Assembly: GCA_965261165.1 (NCBI GenBank)
Contig: OZ253445.1
Location: 93,965-157,964, forward strand
Length of the DNA stretch: 64,000 bases
Source: Gammaproteobacteria bacterium
Lineage (GTDB): Bacteria > Pseudomonadota > Gammaproteobacteria > Eutrophobiales > Eutrophobiaceae
Direction: 5' to 3'
The notes beneath the pieces are model-generated. The model was not told where the DNA came from, did not search any database, and saw nothing but the letters and a program-made list of their open reading frames with translations. Numbering within the stretch: position 1 is the first letter of the stretch; every line of letters starts with the position of its first letter. A program made the translations under genes and the position numbers. This document shows positions 59,786-64,000 of the stretch, one piece after another.

Positions 59786-60162
59786 ATGTAGTAGATTCAT
59801 CAGCATGGCTGTCCTATTTTTCAGGTGATGCCAATGCGGAGATATTTTCAAGGCCAATAGAAAATATTGAAGAATTAATTGTTCCTAGCATTACTATCAC
59901 CGAAGTATTTAAGTTTGTTTTGTGTCAACGCGGTAAAGATATAGCTCTGGAAGTTATTGCCCATATGGAGCAAGGTAAAGTTGTATCACTTGATAGTTCT
60001 TTAGCTATAGATGCCGCGAAATATGGTATTGACTATAAATTACCATTAGCTGACAGTATTATTTATGCAACAGGTCAAAAATTTCAAGCTGTAATCTGGA
60101 CACAAGACATAGATTTTAAATCATTAGAAAGTGTTAAGTATTACCCTAAAAAAACCACATAA
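59782..60162 (+). CDS. vapC: PIN-domain toxin
   Basis: VVDSSAW, TEV, LPLADSIIYAT and WTQD.DF motifs. Confidence 0.92.
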   Translation: MNVVDSSAWLSYFSGDANAEIFSRPIENIEELIVPSITITEVFKFVLCQRGKDIALEVIAHMEQGKVVSLDSSLAIDAAKYGIDYKLPLADSIIYATGQKFQAVIWTQDIDFKSLESVKYYPKKTT

Positions 60163-60168
60163 TCTGAA

Positions 60169-60214
60169 ACGTAACAAGTACGCCGCCCTTTCCTGTCAAC
60201 GCAGATCGTTAGCT
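60169..60214 (+). other. Internally deleted attC-like site
   Basis: ACGTAACAAG ... CTGTCAACGCAGATCGTTAGCT just after the vapC stop, followed by an SD and ATG 60229. Confidence 0.55.
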
Positions 60215-60228
60215 AAGAAGAGGTAATC

Positions 60229-60560
60229 ATGGAATAAAGATAGGTCAACTGGTTAAGCCCCATCCCATGTAAAGAAGATATTCCAACTCTGTGAGGTTAC
60301 AGATCACAGCGAACTAACCCGCCTTATGGGCAAGAAATACTCAAAAAATAATTTTGGCATCAGTTATCCATTCTGCACTGAAGTGACTTCAATTATCCCA
60401 GAAAAATCAAGGCGCTATTGGGCCGCTAGTTATTTAGTACGAGGAAAAACAGTAAGGGTTTCAAGTCAGTGGCCTAAAGCAAATAAGAAGTCAATTTATT
60501 AAGTATCTCAGAAGCAATATCATCCTTAGAATCTCCTAGATCAATTAAGGAAAACCAAGG
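60229..60560 (+). pseudogene. Degraded cassette ORF of unknown function
   Basis: Early stops; residual peptide YSKNNFGISYPFC...RYW...VRVSSQW. Confidence 0.45.
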
Positions 60561-60952
60561 AGTAATAGGTTTTTGTGAAACTTTGACCCTCTATACGACT
60601 AGGCGCCCACTCTTAAAAACACACCTTATCTTATTGATAAACTTAATGATTTATAAGGTATTAAGCTACTTGCACCGATACAAGAGCAGCGACGAGCAAG
60701 CATGGTTACCTTTAAAATCAATAGTAGAGATATGGCCGAAATACATACTAAGTTAATGCATAATAAAGTAATTTTTTGCCAATCATCTGAGGGACATCCA
60801 TTTCTTACCAAACTTCTATACCACTGTCGAAATAATCAATAATTAACTTTATGTATTATCTTTATATATTTGATTAATATATAATTTTTCTTAATTAATT
60901 TTATTGCAATCCTATTCTTAAGCGGATTAGCAGAACTAACTGCTGAAGAAGC

Positions 60953-61717
60953 TCAATTCACATCAAATAAATTGAAAAAATTGGCAGTTGTCTGTTCTGC
61001 AACTTGTTCGAAACTGATTCCTTTCAATTCAGCAATAAATTCGGCTACGTAACGCGTGTATCCCGGCTGGTTAGGCTTTCCCCGATAAGGTACGGGCGTC
61101 AGATAAGGTGAGTCTGTTTCGACTAAAATACGCTCTAATGGAACTTGTTTTGCGACTTCCTGTACCTCTTTGGCATTTTTAAAGGTCACTATCCCAGAAA
61201 ATGAGATGTAGAAATTTAAATCCATAGCCTTCTGGGCTGTCTCCCAATCCTCGACAAAGCAATGCATAACGCCACCTACTTCATCAGCACCTTCTTTTTG
61301 TAAAATTCGCGTGATGTCTTCGCCAGCTTTACGGGTATGAATGATTAAGGGTTTGTTGACTAAATTTGCAGCCTTGATATGCGTACGAAATCTATCTCGT
61401 TGCCATTCAAGATCGCCTTCACTCCTAAAATAGTCCAGGCCAGTCTCACCGATAGCAATGACATGTTCATTCGATGCCAATTCAACCAGCGTTTCTTGGG
61501 AAACCTCTTCTTGCATCGTCGTATTCGGATGTACACCAACAGAGGCATAAATACGCTCGTATTGTTCAGCCAGATTCAGGATTTCGGGATAGCTATCAAG
61601 GTCCACCGAGACACACAACATGTGTTCAACACCTAATGCCTTAGCATTGGCAACCACCTCACTGACTTCCATTTCCTTGCCAAGCATCGGAATATGACAA
61701 TGCGAATCAACAAGCAT
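60953..61717 (-). CDS. TatD-family hydrolase (YcfH-like)
   Basis: DSHCH, GVHP, IGETGLDY, HCF and ETDSPY motifs. Confidence 0.95.
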   Translation of the reverse strand: MLVDSHCHIPMLGKEMEVSEVVANAKALGVEHMLCVSVDLDSYPEILNLAEQYERIYASVGVHPNTTMQEEVSQETLVELASNEHVIAIGETGLDYFRSEGDLEWQRDRFRTHIKAANLVNKPLIIHTRKAGEDITRILQKEGADEVGGVMHCFVEDWETAQKAMDLNFYISFSGIVTFKNAKEVQEVAKQVPLERILVETDSPYLTPVPYRGKPNQPGYTRYVAEFIAELKGISFEQVAEQTTANFFNLFDVN

Positions 61718-61778
61718 TTCTCAGATCTCAGGTAAATTTAAACAAACAAATATCCGACAGATACGGACATGGTGATGA

Positions 61779-62129
61779 TTACATCGTGTGGGTGGGACGG
61801 TCAGATGACAAGGCTCCTGCCAATTGCTTTTCTATCATGTTCTTGGTCGCGCCTTTATCCAGCTCACTGAATTGTACGCCGATACCAACCGTTTTATTAC
61901 CTTGAGAACCTTTAGGCGTTATCCAGACAATACGCCCAGCAACAGGTAATTTTTCCTTGTTTTGCATTACACTTAACAGCATGAATACTTCATCACCTAA
62001 ATTGTAGGGCTTTGCGGTAGGGATAAACAGACCGCCATTTTTGATAAACGACATATAAGAAGCATACAACGCACTCTTGTCATTGATACTTAATGATAGA
62101 ATACCTTGTCGTGGATCACGTCCAGCCAA
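61779..62129 (-). CDS. pilZ: Type IV pilus PilZ protein
   Basis: LYASYM.FIKNGGLFIPT and RPTHTM motifs; holB context. Confidence 0.92.
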   Translation of the reverse strand: MAGRDPRQGILSLSINDKSALYASYMSFIKNGGLFIPTAKPYNLGDEVFMLLSVMQNKEKLPVAGRIVWITPKGSQGNKTVGIGVQFSELDKGATKNMIEKQLAGALSSDRPTHTM

Positions 62130-62159
62130 ATGACTGCACCCCTCTTGTGCTAATGTTTA

Positions 62160-63158
62160 TTATTTAACTTCGTCATTCAAATATTGCCAAGAGATGATAA
62201 CATCTTCTAATAATCCCTGTGCGTTGTAGCTGATTGTACTGGTGCTCATGCTATATTTTTCAAGTAATAGATGATAAAAACACACCAACTCCCTTAATTC
62301 TAACTGTTTTATCAATTTTTGCAAACGACCTATTGTCATTGAATCTTTGATTCTGACTGGTTGTGCCAATGATTTAATTCGAATCATATCAGCTAATAAC
62401 TGTGTCAACCATAACAATATTCGCGATGTTTCGTAAGACTTCCACTTCTCTGCCACTTTAATAATATCCCCCCGTTTTCCTTTCAGGGCAACCAAATCAT
62501 CAAGCATGCTCCGCTGGTATTCCATGATATTGTTTTCCAATATCTCTTCAATCGCCAAAGGTGCGCCACCTGCCATTTTCAATAGATCCTCAACATTGAC
62601 ATCTGGATTCAGGTTTTCACTCACCCAGCGCATTGTTTCTTCGTCAAAGGCTGGGTTAAAGCTGACATGCTGGCATCGGCTTCTAATAGTGATTGGCAAT
62701 AAATTTGGCCGATGACTTAGAAGGATCAATAGTGAATGCTCAGGCGGCTCCTCTAGTGTTTTTAGTAATGAATTTGCTGCATTTCGATTCATTGCATCAG
62801 CAGGGCTAATCACGGCAATTTTGTAACGTCCATACTGACTTTTAAGGTAGATGGAACCAATCAATTTCCTGATTTCGTCAACTTTAATCTGTTTCCCTGG
62901 CTCTTCAGGTTTGATGATAAATAGATCTGGGTGGCTCTCACCCTGAATTAGATGACATGAACGACAGTCTTCGCAGGCATGATTGTTACCTACTGGATTT
63001 TCACATAATAAACTTGCTGTCAGACATTTTGAAAAATGTTCTAGCCCGATGCCTATCAATCCAGTAAATAATATCGCATGCGCCATCCTGTCTGACCGAT
63101 TTGCCAGTTGCACGGTATTCCAGTTCTCGGATTGCCAAGGGAATGGTTTTATTAGCAT
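62160..63158 (-). CDS. holB: DNA polymerase III delta' subunit
   Basis: PWQ, CxxC zinc module, HPD, ANSLLKTLEEP and TIRSRC motifs. Confidence 0.95.
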   Translation of the reverse strand: MLIKPFPWQSENWNTVQLANRSDRMAHAILFTGLIGIGLEHFSKCLTASLLCENPVGNNHACEDCRSCHLIQGESHPDLFIIKPEEPGKQIKVDEIRKLIGSIYLKSQYGRYKIAVISPADAMNRNAANSLLKTLEEPPEHSLLILLSHRPNLLPITIRSRCQHVSFNPAFDEETMRWVSENLNPDVNVEDLLKMAGGAPLAIEEILENNIMEYQRSMLDDLVALKGKRGDIIKVAEKWKSYETSRILLWLTQLLADMIRIKSLAQPVRIKDSMTIGRLQKLIKQLELRELVCFYHLLLEKYSMSTSTISYNAQGLLEDVIISWQYLNDEVK

Positions 63159-63793
63159 AGACCTTGCTCAAGCAACATTTCTAATATTGATGACTGCACA
63201 GTGTCTAGCGGTGGCTCGGCATCAATAATTTTAACCCTGTTTGGCTCGTCTTGAGCAATTTTCAAGAAGGTATTGCGCACATTCTGAAAAAAATTGACTG
63301 TTTCAATTTCAAAACGATCAGCCTCACCTCTGGCCTTGGTACGAGACAGCCCAGTTTCCACAGACACATCCAACAATAGGGTAAGGTCAGGTTTGAAACC
63401 AGACAGCACCCAACCCTCTAGCTGATTAATTTTCTCAGCGGAGATACCTCGCCCGCCACCTTGATAGGCGTAACTTGAATCGGTAAATCTATCGCAAATA
63501 ATAACCTTGCCAGCATTTAACCCCGGTAAAATAATTTGTTGCACATGTTGCACCCTAGCCGCAAACATCAAGAGCAATTCAGTCTCTTCAAACATCGCTT
63601 CTTCATTTTTCTTAAGCAAGAGTTCACGTATTCCTTCGCCTAAAGTTGTCCCTCCCGGCTCGCGAGCTAGAAGCACATCTTTGCCCGCCTGCTGCAATTT
63701 CTCAGCAATAAATTGCATATGACTGCTTTTGCCAGCACCTTCAATGCCTTCCAGTGTAATCAAGTGGCCTTTTGCTGATACGTCCAGGTACAA
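63152..63793 (-). CDS. tmk: Thymidylate kinase
   Basis: EGIEGAGKS, REPGGT and DRFTDSSYAYQG motifs. Confidence 0.96.
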   Translation of the reverse strand: MYLDVSAKGHLITLEGIEGAGKSSHMQFIAEKLQQAGKDVLLAREPGGTTLGEGIRELLLKKNEEAMFEETELLLMFAARVQHVQQIILPGLNAGKVIICDRFTDSSYAYQGGGRGISAEKINQLEGWVLSGFKPDLTLLLDVSVETGLSRTKARGEADRFEIETVNFFQNVRNTFLKIAQDEPNRVKIIDAEPPLDTVQSSILEMLLEQGLC

Positions 63794-63794
63794 A

Positions 63795-64000
63795 TTATTT
63801 GCCTAATTGGTATTTTTTTACAGCACGATTATGTTCTTTAAGTGTTTTTGAAAAATAATGCGAGCCATCATCTTTAGCCACAAAGTACAAAGCATCGCCA
63901 TCTTCTGGATGAAGTGCCGCATGTATTGCTTCAACACCAGGCGATGCTATTGGTGTTGGCGGCAAGCCTGAATAAAAATAAGTATTGTACGGCGAATCTA
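63795..64000 (-). CDS. mltG: Endolytic transglycosylase MltG, 3' part only
   Basis: SPYNTY..SGLPPTPIASPG...LYFVA...H.FS...EHN.AV. Confidence 0.92.
   Translation of the reverse strand, partial: DSPYNTYFYSGLPPTPIASPGVEAIHAALHPEDGDALYFVAKDDGSHYFSKTLKEHNRAVKKYQLGK

Noticed and set aside
52470-60950. Genomic island integrated at tRNA-Leu
   Set aside because: No integrase, and I found no duplicated tRNA 3' end

Overview
AT-rich chromosomal segment, most likely from a gammaproteobacterium (conserved blocks rpoN-hpf-ptsN-hprK, uvrC-pgsA-tRNA Gly/Cys/Leu and mltG-tmk-holB-pilZ-tatD). It is mostly housekeeping genes: Moco synthesis with fdhD and an OFA transporter, ampG, metZ, glmS, tolC, pcm, thiC, mtaB, prc, an RND pump and a TtpBC-type TonB system. 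The intergenic DNA is unusually rich. It holds (i) many eroded gene relics (TdeIII-type REase, CYTH, alpha/beta hydrolase, GDSL esterase, rapZ, MCP, EcoRV-type R-M, several IS5 transposases), and (ii) dispersed fragments of one IS5/IS1106-like element with GAGACCTTTG(C/T)A ends. A 17-18 nt hairpin micro-unit sits at the same position of that IS end in two copies (9x and 2x), and a degenerate third copy occurs inside another element. There is also (iii) a perfect 5x50-bp array whose hairpin loops match the CsrA/RsmA binding consensus, nested in a REP-like doublet inside a MITE, (iv) a SAM-II-like riboswitch with a terminator/antiterminator before metZ and a TPP riboswitch before thiC, and (v) a degraded attC cassette cluster with no integrase, carrying an intact vapBC. 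All calls come from reading motifs by eye; no database searches were run.
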